A DNA stretch of 63,093 bases, counting the filler, from Stramenopiles sp. TOSAG23-2 (Eukaryota), in NCBI GenBank assembly GCA_900128395.1. It is 6 parts of 6 records of this genome, joined end to end, with 100 filler letters (N's around TTAATTAATTAA, not from the genome) between each part and the next. Parts side by side here need not be neighbours in the genome. Positions count along the whole stretch, not along the records: positions 28,230 to 56,321 come from LT649408.1; 5 more parts are not named here. The stretch is one strand, 5' to 3'. The notes under the pieces are model-generated. The model was given only the letters and a program-made list of their open reading frames with translations, had not been told where the DNA came from and did no database searches. Shown piece after piece: positions 39,001 to 49,123 of this stretch (its first letter is position 1; each line of letters begins with the position of its first letter). The position numbers were made by a program, and so were the translations under genes.

Positions 39001-42000
39001 ACAAATGCACCAAAAGGTTTAGATAAAATCCAGCCACTATCCATTATAGCTAATAATGGGGAAATGAATAGTCTATCATCATTATACCAATTTATGACAA
39101 ACGATAGTAGCTTTTTAGATTTTCTGGGCCTTGAAGAGAGTGCCAAGTTATGGGACGAAACGTTGGAAGGGGAAGTTCCATTGAGCGATTCGTACATGTT
39201 GAGTGTCTATTTAAGATACTTATTAGCAACGCAGCCGGAAAAATCATTTGTGGATCATATTGCCTCGTTGATACCGAATGTTGTAAATAAGCAAGAAGAT
39301 CCTGAGCGTTACTTATCGACATTTTTAGCCGCTGTAAATTATGTCGGTCCTTTAGCCGGCGTATTTTCATGGTCTGGTAAAGTAGTAGTTGGTGTTGATC
39401 CAAATGGTTTCCGCCCATTATGTGCTACTGAATTTACAAATGAAGAAGGTACAGAGTTTTTGCAATTTAGTTCAGAATGGATAACGGATATTGACGGAGC
39501 AAAGTATTCCGTCGTACATCCAGGCCAAGTATTAGAATTAGATGCTACAAATGGTAATATTATCCCAGCAAATATGGGCGAACCGTGGAATGAGCATCCG
39601 GCAAATAGCAACAGCAAAGGGACGAAAAAGAAAAAAAGTGAGGGGACTTTTGGAATATATTTTTATCCTCCAAAGAGCAAGAACGATGTTTCACCAATAC
39701 AGGATTTAAATACTGAAATTCTTCATGCATTAAAACCAATGGTTGGATGGAATCAGGATAATGATAAATATGTCAAAGATCTTTGCCGTGGTAAACTGTC
39801 GATTGAATCCATGGGCCATGCAGGGCCAACTGCTAGTGAAGTTCGTGGCAATGTTGCGCCAAATAGTTTTGATTTGCTAAATCATAGTTTTGCGCAAGTT
39901 AGTAACCCTCCATTGGCGTGGAGAGAGGAAGGTGATTATATGTCCTTGGATACGCGTGTTGGTCCATATCTATTGCCGTCCCCTTTTCTATCTAATGCAA
40001 TGATAAATTCGTTGCAAGAAAAACTAGAGTCAAAAGTAGTATCCACCACATTTCCAGTGCATACAATGGCACCAGGAATGAGGGTGTGTCTTCAACGCAT
40101 CGTAAATGACGTTGTAGAAGCAGTTGAAGAAGGAAAACGATTTATAGTCTTATCAGAACTTGATATTAGTCCTAGCAACGGACCATGCCCATTAAATCTA
40201 GTCGTTGGTTCTGTTCATCAATCCTTGCTTAAATTAGGTTTGAGAAAGGATGTACACTTGTGCGTGCAGAGCATTTCCGCTTTGCGTCCAGGTCATTTTT
40301 CACAATTATTAGCAATGGGTGCTGATACAATTCACCCAGTATTACTGCTAGATCCTCGCGTAAATGCATCATTGGAGGAAACTAATACCGATGAAGATTC
40401 TGTAAATATTTCTATGGAAGAACACTCTGCGAATGTTTTATCTGGCTGTGACGAAGGTTTGAAGCATTATATGTCAACGGTTGGTTTAGGAACTATCAGT
40501 TCATATCGTGGCGGATCTCACATTTGGCAAGCAGAAACATTGAATACTGAAGTTGCGGATTTAATGGGTTTGCAACCACCAAGATTTTCCGGTATTGGCT
40601 TTGGAAGATTAGCGAAATGGCTGTATACCACTTGGTTTTTCCCATCTAAAGAAGGACCAGGGTTGTACCAATACAACGGACAACGTGCAACTGTTCCTGT
40701 TTGGTCAGCTGAATACACTCGTGCAGTAAGACGTATGGCAGCAGATGAAAAAGAAGATGAAACCATGATCCAAGATATGGAAGTTGCTTGCGACAATGTC
40801 AATGTAATTAAACGTAGTGCTTGGAGTATGTCCCGTATACCATCAAAAATGTGGGGGCCTGAAAATCCAATGAATATATGCGTAGTAGGTGGTGGCGCAG
40901 CAGGGTATTTTGTAACTAACGAATTGCTTGAAGCGGATATCCCAGCCAATGTCACCATGGTAGAAAAAAATTTAATCAATGGTGGTGGTGTTGTATATCG
41001 TGGCCTTTCTCCATTGCATCATTCAACGAAACGAAATACGTTGAAAAGGCTATTAAATATTCATAAAAGTGGAATAGAAAAAGGCGCCTTAAGCTATGCT
41101 GGTGGTGTTCAAATAAATAAAGGAGATTTAAAAAAGTTATTATCCACCTTTAGTGTAGTCATTGATGCATCTGGATCATCAACGGCAAATCACTTGAGTT
41201 GTCCAGGTCATCAACATGCAACCGAAGCGGCAGAAATTTACAGCAGATACAATCAAATCATGGATCCAACCTCAATAAAAAGTAGTGTCGACTCCCATTG
41301 GCATGGTTCTTTAAATCGCTTTAATCGCGCTACGGTAGTTGTTGGAGGTGGAAATGTTGCATTTGATATTTTATCTGTATTGACATTGAGTAAACATTTA
41401 TTCGAACCACATACAATTAATCAAAAATTTATCGAAGCGCGAGATGAATATGGCTCTACACATGTTGTGTCATTAATACGCAAGCAACCGTGGGATTTAG
41501 CCAGTGACGTCCATGTTTTGAAAGAATTTTTTTCATTAATGCAAAAATCAAATGTCAAGATTCAAGTTAGTGGTGTTAGTAAATTGGAGCCTACAGATGA
41601 CATGACAGAGCAAGAACGGGCAAAATTAGAATTATTTTTAGAATATGTAGATAAAGAAGATAAATTGAATGAAGAATTTTGGCCTGAAGCAAGAGATGGT
41701 CGTAGTGTCCATTTCCGCTTCGGACAAGAAGTGTCGAATATTGAACGTTTAAAAGGTGGTTTAAAAGTTACCATTGGCCAAAATGGACAATACGTGAAAG
41801 AATTTCAAGCATACCAAGTGATTGAAGCTATGGGTTATGTTGGTGAGGATAAATTTGAAATATTTGGGGAAAACAACGGTGCATTAGAAAGCTTATCAGC
41901 GGAAGAAAAAAAGCAAATATATCAAGCCGGGTGGGCATTTAAACCTGGGAATTTAGCATCTGCTGAAGGTTCTGCGAAGAAAATTGTTGGAGAAATCACA

Positions 42001-42570
42001 CGAAATTATCACATGGGAGTTTTCCATGGATTGGGCAAAAGCTCTATTCAAGGTGCACAAATTGAACCGCTACTTGCCTCTGCACCAGTTGATACAAGTA
42101 CACAAGAAAATATTTTTAATTATTTACTTGAAGTTGGTCGTATCGAGGAGGCGGAAGATTATTTCAATGCAAGATCATTTGTTAGTATGGAAATGGCAGC
42201 AAATTTTGAAAGGTCTTTGTCAAATATACACACGCCACCAGCAGTTGATAGCGTTGATGATGTATTGGTTGGCGCAGTATCGAATGTTCGTGATGGCTTT
42301 TTCGGCTTTACGGATGATGGTGGTGATTTTATTGAATATGCAGCAAATGATGCACGTTTAGATGAAGTTATTGGATGTACTGGTAGTTGCGATGGTGCAA
42401 AAACTTGTTTGGATTGTGTTGTTGATGTAATTGGAAAAGAGGTAGATGCAGATGCATCAGAAACTAGATTATTGGCTCAAATTGGGATGTTTAAACCAAA
42501 TAGAATTTTGAGTTGTTGTCATACGGCAAAGGAGGTTGAAAAATCAACTGTTAAGTCAGTTGAGGCTTGA
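36007..42570 (+). CDS. Circularly permuted glutamate synthase-like protein fused to an adrenodoxin-reductase-like domain and a 2Fe-2S ferredoxin
   Basis: Motifs in order: SFGSLS/SNSGEGG/QVASGR/IKIAQGVKPGDGGHLPG/PPPHHDIYSVEDL/GGTGA/CX5CX4CPVGIATQ (FMN + 3Fe-4S); GLSFG/GKALSGG (GXGXG); SACGV/HR/DGAG/HDRFCTN/NNGE/SDS/NGFRP (GATase type 2); SMG/FAQVSNPP/ISSYRG (central); VVGGGAAG and GGGNVAFD (pyridine nucleotide oxidoreductase); CX5CX2C...RILSC (2Fe-2S). Confidence 0.92.
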   Translation: MLTIISSSVKKNVFKQHVHFKKINNNKNVIITTRRTMATMKKWRDYIKENPYSYERGGEGYKKIEEIINNLSHSELQIFVNLSGAAKSFGSLSKEAWSVEHLGFNIAREVVGRRLGVSMEEAPGPRSNSGEGGQLMDDPNSKASIVQVASGRWMGDSPLKYLADAEEIDIKIAQGVKPGDGGHLPGTKATPLIARVRGARPGRDLYSPPPHHDIYSVEDLAQLIHDLRQVNPQVRKIWVKLASRSGVGPISLVVAKAGAGVEVTGFGGTGAAKAESKHFYVRDNTPGILEVRNSLISEGLWPIDLAASGRIQTAEDIARVVFMGANRINMGTPLMLANGCVKADSCQNDDCPVGIATQQEHLIEKFPGRPENAIRFLSFLSKQTQRIFDQYGLDFHSARGRADLLQVEMNESIRTGLPEFLKLPEPPAWAASLSKTQRVPHDLFDKTTEQKLIANIALLPDSLNEKIVLNESITNKHRTFGALLSNHIVRNKDFEEKINKNGLRINCDGVGGLSFGTGLPKNVELVVDGPVNHGVGKALSGGTIIAQVMGDQAGYGAGNGTLITRSIGDRAAIRSYELDVLVETTGDMSSCYRTGGHFFVLGHPSHYNSSSTFKVGNYKSMDLWSNNHAMGPGIGGGMGGGVIVLPRQLHEENVSNMRYAPSLQNVLPRDMKPEETQLLVNLLTQANGALKDCQLMEALLNEGETFLNKHMVVLDPVAAQPIAKGKHHPNVTWKKHESENSVLAIDWEKGNERSMSALNIAQSKGFFDVFQELSGTSLKREESSACGVHFLGAKQGSSKEVVDRLLHSLHLMAHRAGYADPKSCDGAGINLKIDAEFWKNKFPNFKDVFEDNNYAIVASFIPEEAKAGEKYIARFEKHLINEGLTLSAKREVPMNREHFGVVATTQQLPIMQFLVLRPTDMPSAKFEAALLRFQTRMDYETLKSTWDLEKKPSIISAEPDGNVIYKGLMAPSDLANAFPDLKDPLCKASRGLVHDRFCTNAPKGLDKIQPLSIIANNGEMNSLSSLYQFMTNDSSFLDFLGLEESAKLWDETLEGEVPLSDSYMLSVYLRYLLATQPEKSFVDHIASLIPNVVNKQEDPERYLSTFLAAVNYVGPLAGVFSWSGKVVVGVDPNGFRPLCATEFTNEEGTEFLQFSSEWITDIDGAKYSVVHPGQVLELDATNGNIIPANMGEPWNEHPANSNSKGTKKKKSEGTFGIYFYPPKSKNDVSPIQDLNTEILHALKPMVGWNQDNDKYVKDLCRGKLSIESMGHAGPTASEVRGNVAPNSFDLLNHSFAQVSNPPLAWREEGDYMSLDTRVGPYLLPSPFLSNAMINSLQEKLESKVVSTTFPVHTMAPGMRVCLQRIVNDVVEAVEEGKRFIVLSELDISPSNGPCPLNLVVGSVHQSLLKLGLRKDVHLCVQSISALRPGHFSQLLAMGADTIHPVLLLDPRVNASLEETNTDEDSVNISMEEHSANVLSGCDEGLKHYMSTVGLGTISSYRGGSHIWQAETLNTEVADLMGLQPPRFSGIGFGRLAKWLYTTWFFPSKEGPGLYQYNGQRATVPVWSAEYTRAVRRMAADEKEDETMIQDMEVACDNVNVIKRSAWSMSRIPSKMWGPENPMNICVVGGGAAGYFVTNELLEADIPANVTMVEKNLINGGGVVYRGLSPLHHSTKRNTLKRLLNIHKSGIEKGALSYAGGVQINKGDLKKLLSTFSVVIDASGSSTANHLSCPGHQHATEAAEIYSRYNQIMDPTSIKSSVDSHWHGSLNRFNRATVVVGGGNVAFDILSVLTLSKHLFEPHTINQKFIEARDEYGSTHVVSLIRKQPWDLASDVHVLKEFFSLMQKSNVKIQVSGVSKLEPTDDMTEQERAKLELFLEYVDKEDKLNEEFWPEARDGRSVHFRFGQEVSNIERLKGGLKVTIGQNGQYVKEFQAYQVIEAMGYVGEDKFEIFGENNGALESLSAEEKKQIYQAGWAFKPGNLASAEGSAKKIVGEITRNYHMGVFHGLGKSSIQGAQIEPLLASAPVDTSTQENIFNYLLEVGRIEEAEDYFNARSFVSMEMAANFERSLSNIHTPPAVDSVDDVLVGAVSNVRDGFFGFTDDGGDFIEYAANDARLDEVIGCTGSCDGAKTCLDCVVDVIGKEVDADASETRLLAQIGMFKPNRILSCCHTAKEVEKSTVKSVEA

Positions 42571-43434
42571 GATTTTATCATATTTTTATATTATAATATT
42601 ATATATATTTTTAGAAAAGTATAGGAATTATTTCAATTATCATGAGTAAATTAAAAAATAAAATTTTAACTGCGTAAAACTAATATAATATTATTTTTAT
42701 ATATCTTGAAGAGTAGGAATTATCATGAGTAAATTAAAAATAAATTATGCGTAAATTAAATTATTATAAAAGATAAAAAAAAAATAAAAAATATACTTTT
42801 GTATTTAAATTTATAATATTAATAGGATATCTGGTTATATTTTATAAAAATGAAAAACTTTTTATGATCCTTTTTTCTTCTTGTTGTCTCTAATATCAAT
42901 TTTCTGAGACGCGATTACAAAATACTTTTTTTGACAAATATTGTGTGTGTTTTGGAAAAAAAAAAATAAAACACTTTGCCCATGTATTCCCCATTTTCTC
43001 TAAATTTTGATTTTTTTATGATCCTTTTTTCTTCTTGTTGTCTCTAATATCAATTTTCTGAGACGCGAACAATAATACGTTTTTTCATTAAAACATATTT
43101 TTTGGTACAGTAGAGGGAGAGAGAGGTTTTTTTATTGTTCAAAATACTTTTTTTGACAAATATTGTGTGTGTTTTGGAAAAAAAAAAAAAAACACTTTGC
43201 CCATGTATTCCCCATTTTCTCTAAATTTTGATTTTGTTATTTTTAATATTATATATAATATACTACGTGTGTATAAAAATATACTTCCTATGTTTGAATT
43301 AATCAGTTTGTTCCTCTTCAGTTGAAAACACTTTGCCCATGTATTCCCCATTTTCTCTAAATTTTGATTTTGTTATTTTTAATATTATATATAATATACT
43401 ACGTGTGTATAAAAATATACTTCCTATGTTTGAA

Positions 43435-44571
43435 TTAATCAGTTTGTTCCTCTTCAGTTGATGATGTACGTTCCCTCCTAACTAATGGAACATCATTACC
43501 AGTCGGTACGAAACCTTTCCAATTAGCTTGCCAAAAGCTAGGTGGACTTTGCATTTCACCTCTTAACGCTTTCATTACCCTATCATTAGGTACATTACCA
43601 TCGACATCTGTAAAGCCAAATTCAGCACCTAATTCATGTGACATAACTACTTTGCCACTTTTTTCCATTGTACGTCTACCATTTTCATCAGCTGATAAAA
43701 AAACAACCGCTCTACCTACAAATTCTGGACTTTCTGGAGCTTTTGATTTACTAATACGATCGCCTCTCGGACCCATTAATAATCTTTCAGTTTTGATTAA
43801 CCCTGGCCACATCGAGACCATTGCAATACGATGTGGTTTTAAATCCTCAGCGCAATCGCGAGTAAATCTATCTGTAGACGATTTAGCAATACCATAAGGG
43901 ACACTTGTATAACGTTTCATACCGCCGAAACTAGAGATGTTTACAATCAAACCATTCAATGGTCCATCGTTACTATTATTACTTCTTTTCTTTGCTTTTG
44001 CCCTTTCTACCATGGCTTTGGAGGCTAACATAGCACAGAAATAGTGAGATCGTAACCCAACGCGAGTATGATTATCAAAATGTTCCATAGTATCACGTTC
44101 CCACCATGATTCGCCATTTTGATTAATTCCACTACCAGCATCGCATGCATTATTTACAAGAATATCAAGGCATCCATGGTTGTCTCTTAAAAGTTGATTA
44201 AAAACATTATTTGTATCTTCATCATTTGCGTGGTCACAATACATTCCTACACAAGACCCACCAAGACCAGCAGCTTCAGCAGCTGCATTAATAGCTTCTG
44301 TTGCTTCATCAATGGAACCTGGTAATTTGGATGTGCCAACTTTGGTACGACCTGTGATGTAAACCTTACATCCAGCTTTTGCCAATGCTAATGCACAACC
44401 ACGGCCTATACCTCTGGTTGCACCTGTTACTAATGCTACTTTCCCTGTTAAAGGTGGGATAGCTTGTTCATTACTACCGGTAAAATGTTTAAATATTGCA
44501 TTTAAACGTCTATTTGCTGCTTTATTTATTACTGGTGTAATATCATTATGTGGTATTCTTGGACATTCCAT
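43435..44571 (-). CDS. Short-chain dehydrogenase/reductase (DHRS1-like)
   Basis: ALVTGATRGIGRG, LDILVNNA, NISS, YGIAK (YxxxK), SMWPG. Confidence 0.93.
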   Translation of the reverse strand: MECPRIPHNDITPVINKAANRRLNAIFKHFTGSNEQAIPPLTGKVALVTGATRGIGRGCALALAKAGCKVYITGRTKVGTSKLPGSIDEATEAINAAAEAAGLGGSCVGMYCDHANDEDTNNVFNQLLRDNHGCLDILVNNACDAGSGINQNGESWWERDTMEHFDNHTRVGLRSHYFCAMLASKAMVERAKAKKRSNNSNDGPLNGLIVNISSFGGMKRYTSVPYGIAKSSTDRFTRDCAEDLKPHRIAMVSMWPGLIKTERLLMGPRGDRISKSKAPESPEFVGRAVVFLSADENGRRTMEKSGKVVMSHELGAEFGFTDVDGNVPNDRVMKALRGEMQSPPSFWQANWKGFVPTGNDVPLVRRERTSSTEEEQTD

Positions 44572-45725
44572 TTTTTTTTGTTACGTTTGCATTTAAACGT
44601 CTATTTGCTGCTTTATTTATTACTGGTGTAATATCATTATGTGGTATTCTTGGACATTCCATTTTTTTGTTACGTTTGTTAATTAATCTACATGTATATG
44701 ACATCATCTAACTACACATATATATATTCCTGTGTGGAGTTGAAGCTGTTATAAATTTAAATTAATGGCTCTGATGGATCGTTGTTGAAAAATAATGGGT
44801 AGACGCAAAAAGAAGAAGAAGAAGAAGATTCACACCCCTCCGGATGATCACAATGCTATCCTCATGTTAAATGAATGATGAGTTTTACTGATCGTTATAA
44901 TCATTGCACTCATTGTGAACAACTTTATTTGATTTTCTGGTCTGGGAGCTCCAGGAGCTCACTCTCTCACTCAGTGCCTCAGATCAGTCAGGGAGATAGA
45001 GAGATATGCCTGTTGAAATGTGAAAGCTGTACTTAAACAACTATATATAATACGCCATATATACCTATATCACGGGTATAGTCCTGCTGTGTCCTTACTG
45101 CTGTGGTGTGTTCCTCCTGTGATGTCCTGTGGCTGGATGTCCTATCCGCCTGTGTCTGTTTGCGACGTCGTGGTCCAGTGAATAACTTTCTGGTGCCTAT
45201 TTCCCTGCTATTTTACACGTGATGGGCACACATTATAGACGACCTACCATTAACAATGGCTAGCCAGTGGCTAGAAATGCATCAAAAATGGAGAGAGAGA
45301 GAGAAACATACACACATTGTTGAACATCAACATATGGTCAAAACAAACAAACTAACAAAAAAATAAATACAACAAATCTTAGCTATTTAAACGTATATAT
45401 TATTTATTATTTAACACAAATACATAATATATAAACAAAAAAGATAAAAAAAAAAACAGAAAAAAAAAAGAGTAAAACAAATCTTAGCTATTTAAACGTA
45501 TATATTATTTATTATTTAACACAAATACATAATATATAAACAAAAAAGATAAAAAAAAAAACAGAAAAAAAAAAGAGTAAGTTGATCATTGTCATATAAT
45601 AACTTTACTTAAATTATTTCTATAATTTATTTTTGTACGCAACAAAACCTTTCATACTAACACCCTTTTAATATATATATATATATTTATACAACAGAAA
45701 AATTAAAAAAAATATCAAAACAAAT

Positions 45726-47558
45726 ATGCAAACTCAATCAACACCACAAGTTAATGCACAACAACAAGCAGCAGCACAAGCAGCTTTCTTGCAACAACAA
45801 CAACAACAGCAAGGTGCACAAGCAAATTTACAACCTGGTTTTACCCAAAACAACGCATCGTTATATGTTGGTGACTTGGCACCTGCTGTAAACGAGGCAA
45901 AACTTTTCGAAGTTTTCAATGCAGTTGGCCCTGTAGCAAGTATCCGCATTTGTCGTGATGCTGTCACAAGGCGCTCCCGTGGTTATGGCTATGTTAATTT
46001 CCACAACCCAGCAGATGCAGAACGTGCACTTGATACTATGAATTATCAAAATATCGATGGACGTCCATGCCGTTTGATGTGGAAACAATCCGACAAAAAT
46101 TTACGTATTTCTGGTGCTGGAAATATTTTCGTGAAAAATTTGGATGAAAGTATCGACAACAAACAATTGTACGACACCTTCAGTTTGTTTGGTAACATCT
46201 TGAGCTGTAAAGTTGCTACTGACCGTGAAAGTGGCAAAAGCAAAGGTTATGGTTTTGTTCATTATGAACGTACCGAATCTGCAGAGAAAGCAACTAAATC
46301 GGTAAATGGTATGACAATTGCAGGGAAAGAAGTTGTGGTGACTAAATTCAAACCAAGAAATCAAAGACAAACTTTAGTTGCATGGACAAATATTTACATG
46401 AAAAATATCCCAAACGACTGGAAAGAGGAAAACTTAACCAAAATGTTCGATGGTTTAGGTGAAATCACATCGTTGAAACTTGCAGAAGCAGCAGAAGGCA
46501 AACCAACAACATTTGCATTTGTCAACTTGGCCTCCCATGAGGAAGCAAAAAAAGCAGTTGAGCAATTGAATGGTTTCAAAGTTGGTGAAAAAGAGGACGG
46601 CGGTGAACTTTTACTTGAAGTAACAAGAGCACAAAAGAAATCAGAAAGACAAAAGATCTTGTCCCAGCAATTTGCTAAACAAAAAATGGATCGTATTAAC
46701 AAGTACCAAGGATTGAACTTGTATGTAAAAAATATCGATGATTCCATCGATGATGCTAAATTGAACCAACATTTCCAACGTTTTGGTACAATTACGTCTG
46801 CACGTGTTATGCAAACCGAAAGTGGTGAAAGCCGTGGATTTGGTTTCGTATGCTTCAACGATGCAGCAGAAGCAACCAAAGCTGTTACCGAAATGAACGG
46901 TAAAATGTTAGCCGGCAAACCATTATACGTTGCTTTAGCACAACGCAAAGAAACACGCCAGCAGCAATTGGCCCAAGCACACAATGCACGTGGAATGGGC
47001 CGTGGCGGTCCAATGATGTTCCCAGGCATGATGCCAGGAATGATGATGATGCAACCTGGTGGAGCAAGACCAATGTTCCCAATGGGTATGCAAGGCGGAC
47101 CAATGTCTATGTACCCTCGTCCTATGTTCAACCAAATGCAACAGCAACGTGTTGCAAGAGGCCCACGCGGTCCACAACAACAACGTGTAAAATTCAACCA
47201 AAACGCTCGCAACATGGCAAATGCCCCACGTGCACCACAAAGCAACGGAGGTCCACAACCACCTCAACAATCCATGCAACAACCACAACAACCACCACCA
47301 TTGACCGCCTCCGCATTAGCTGATGCCCCAGCTGAAAGAAGAAAAAATATGATCGGAGAAAGAATTTATCCTTTGATCCATCAATTGCAACCACAACTTG
47401 CTGGTAAAATTACTGGTATGCTTTTGGAATTCGAAAACAGTGAATTATTAAATTTATTGGAAAGTCCACCTGACTTAAAGAAACGTGTGAACGAAGCTAT
47501 TGAAGTATTAAATGCTCATCAAAAAAGTGGAAAATCACAAGCAGCTATTCCACGTTAA
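45726..47558 (+). CDS. PABPC: Cytoplasmic poly(A)-binding protein
   Basis: Four RRMs (SLYVGDL, GNIFVKNL, TNIYMKN, NLYVKN) and an MLLE domain (AGKITGMLLE). Confidence 0.98.
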   Translation: MQTQSTPQVNAQQQAAAQAAFLQQQQQQQGAQANLQPGFTQNNASLYVGDLAPAVNEAKLFEVFNAVGPVASIRICRDAVTRRSRGYGYVNFHNPADAERALDTMNYQNIDGRPCRLMWKQSDKNLRISGAGNIFVKNLDESIDNKQLYDTFSLFGNILSCKVATDRESGKSKGYGFVHYERTESAEKATKSVNGMTIAGKEVVVTKFKPRNQRQTLVAWTNIYMKNIPNDWKEENLTKMFDGLGEITSLKLAEAAEGKPTTFAFVNLASHEEAKKAVEQLNGFKVGEKEDGGELLLEVTRAQKKSERQKILSQQFAKQKMDRINKYQGLNLYVKNIDDSIDDAKLNQHFQRFGTITSARVMQTESGESRGFGFVCFNDAAEATKAVTEMNGKMLAGKPLYVALAQRKETRQQQLAQAHNARGMGRGGPMMFPGMMPGMMMMQPGGARPMFPMGMQGGPMSMYPRPMFNQMQQQRVARGPRGPQQQRVKFNQNARNMANAPRAPQSNGGPQPPQQSMQQPQQPPPLTASALADAPAERRKNMIGERIYPLIHQLQPQLAGKITGMLLEFENSELLNLLESPPDLKKRVNEAIEVLNAHQKSGKSQAAIPR

Positions 47559-47797
47559 AAAGAGAAGAGGGACAAGTGAGAAAAAGGCACATTATTTTTA
47601 AAATAATTACACGCGTATAACTTTTTAGATTTTTTATTTTTGTAAAAAATATAATGTATACGAAGTACTCGTATATTTTATATATATTATTTTAAAAATA
47701 CTTCCTTTGTGGTACACGTAAACATAATGCATGTAATTTCTTACACTTACACACACACACATACTCGTATATATCTATGTCCAGGTTGTACGAAATA

Positions 47798-48709
47798 TCA
47801 CACGTATTTTCTATCAAATCTGCTCTTTAATACACCAAAAATATTCGATATAAATTTAATAAAACGTAGTGTAGATTTTTCTTCTGAATCACTTCTTTCT
47901 TCTTCTTCCTCGAGTATCTTACCCTCCAATTCTAACAATAATTTATAGATGTCTCTACTATTATTTTTCGCTCGGTTTTTTAGAGATACATACTGTTGTT
48001 TTTTACTTTCATTTGCAACAATTTGATCTTCTTCTTCTTGATTTTTTTTTTTAGAAAGGCAATAAAATGATTTGATTTGATTGTAACAATTATCGATTAA
48101 AAATTTGACAGCTTCAATATTATTGTTCAGTACTGCTTTATATAATATCGTTCTACAATGTCTTATATTTCCATGTGCAATATTTACATCTGCACCATGC
48201 TCTAACAGTAATTTCATAACTTCAATACGTGATTCATCACATGCATACCACATTGGGGTATATCCACATTGATCTATGCTATTTACTTTAATATTTTTAT
48301 GGTTTAAAAGAAGCTTAACAGTTGGTAAATGTCCACAATACGAGGCAGAAGCTAATGGATGAAATTTTTTTTTAAAATTGACATCAAACATACCAGAGAA
48401 AAAATCATTATTTTGCTCTGCATCAATCATAATCTTTGCATCGTTCCATCTACCTCGTAAGACAGCCTCCCCCAATGCCTCCTCACAACAATATTTTTCA
48501 TATCTAAAATATCTTAACATACATATGTTTAATGCTTTCCTACAGAGTTTATAATTATATTTATTTGTAATTGAGAACATATACAAGGATTTCACATCAT
48601 TTTTTTGTATGAGGCTTTTAGTAACGTCATTGTAAAGCGTACATGATATGAAATGTATAATAATTAAATTTAAATCATGTGGTAAGGTATCAAGGTAGGG
48701 AGTTGTCAT
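47798..48709 (-). CDS. Ankyrin-repeat protein with an F-box-like N-terminus
   Basis: PLASASYCGHLPTVKLLL, GYTPMWYAC..VMKLLLEHGADVN and TILYKAV..AVKFLI. N-terminal LDTLPHDL..II..F is F-box-like. Confidence 0.8.
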   Translation of the reverse strand: MTTPYLDTLPHDLNLIIIHFISCTLYNDVTKSLIQKNDVKSLYMFSITNKYNYKLCRKALNICMLRYFRYEKYCCEEALGEAVLRGRWNDAKIMIDAEQNNDFFSGMFDVNFKKKFHPLASASYCGHLPTVKLLLNHKNIKVNSIDQCGYTPMWYACDESRIEVMKLLLEHGADVNIAHGNIRHCRTILYKAVLNNNIEAVKFLIDNCYNQIKSFYCLSKKKNQEEEDQIVANESKKQQYVSLKNRAKNNSRDIYKLLLELEGKILEEEEERSDSEEKSTLRFIKFISNIFGVLKSRFDRKYV

Positions 48710-49123
48710 TTTCGTTGTTGCAGTTGTCTTCTTTCTATTTTACACATTGTTACTCTTTTTATTTCATTTATCTTGAATCTATATTTTTGTAGTAGAAGTA
48801 GAGGTATGAGTATATAGAGTATTATAAGACGGTCCCAGACGACCAGATCTCAGAGGTCTTTTTTCAACAAAAGTTTTTTTTTTGTTTTATTATTTAATTC
48901 TTATATACACTAGTATGTAGTAGTCTTTTATAACCCTATGTGCCTATCATGAGCATAAAGGGGGTTAATATTTTATAAAGGAGAACAAATCAAATATTTA
49001 CACGTGAGAAAAGTGATGCAGTCTCTATACAAATTATATATATGTATATACCATCACTTGATCTATGTCTGTGTGATGTATGAACGTATTAAAAAAAGAA
49101 TATATATACATACATATATATAT

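Noticed and set aside
46394-47245. 283-aa antisense ORF in PABP, and similar shadow ORFs such as 1792..2616 and those inside the giant genes
   Set aside because: These are antisense shadows of codon-biased or low-complexity genes, with no motifs of their own.
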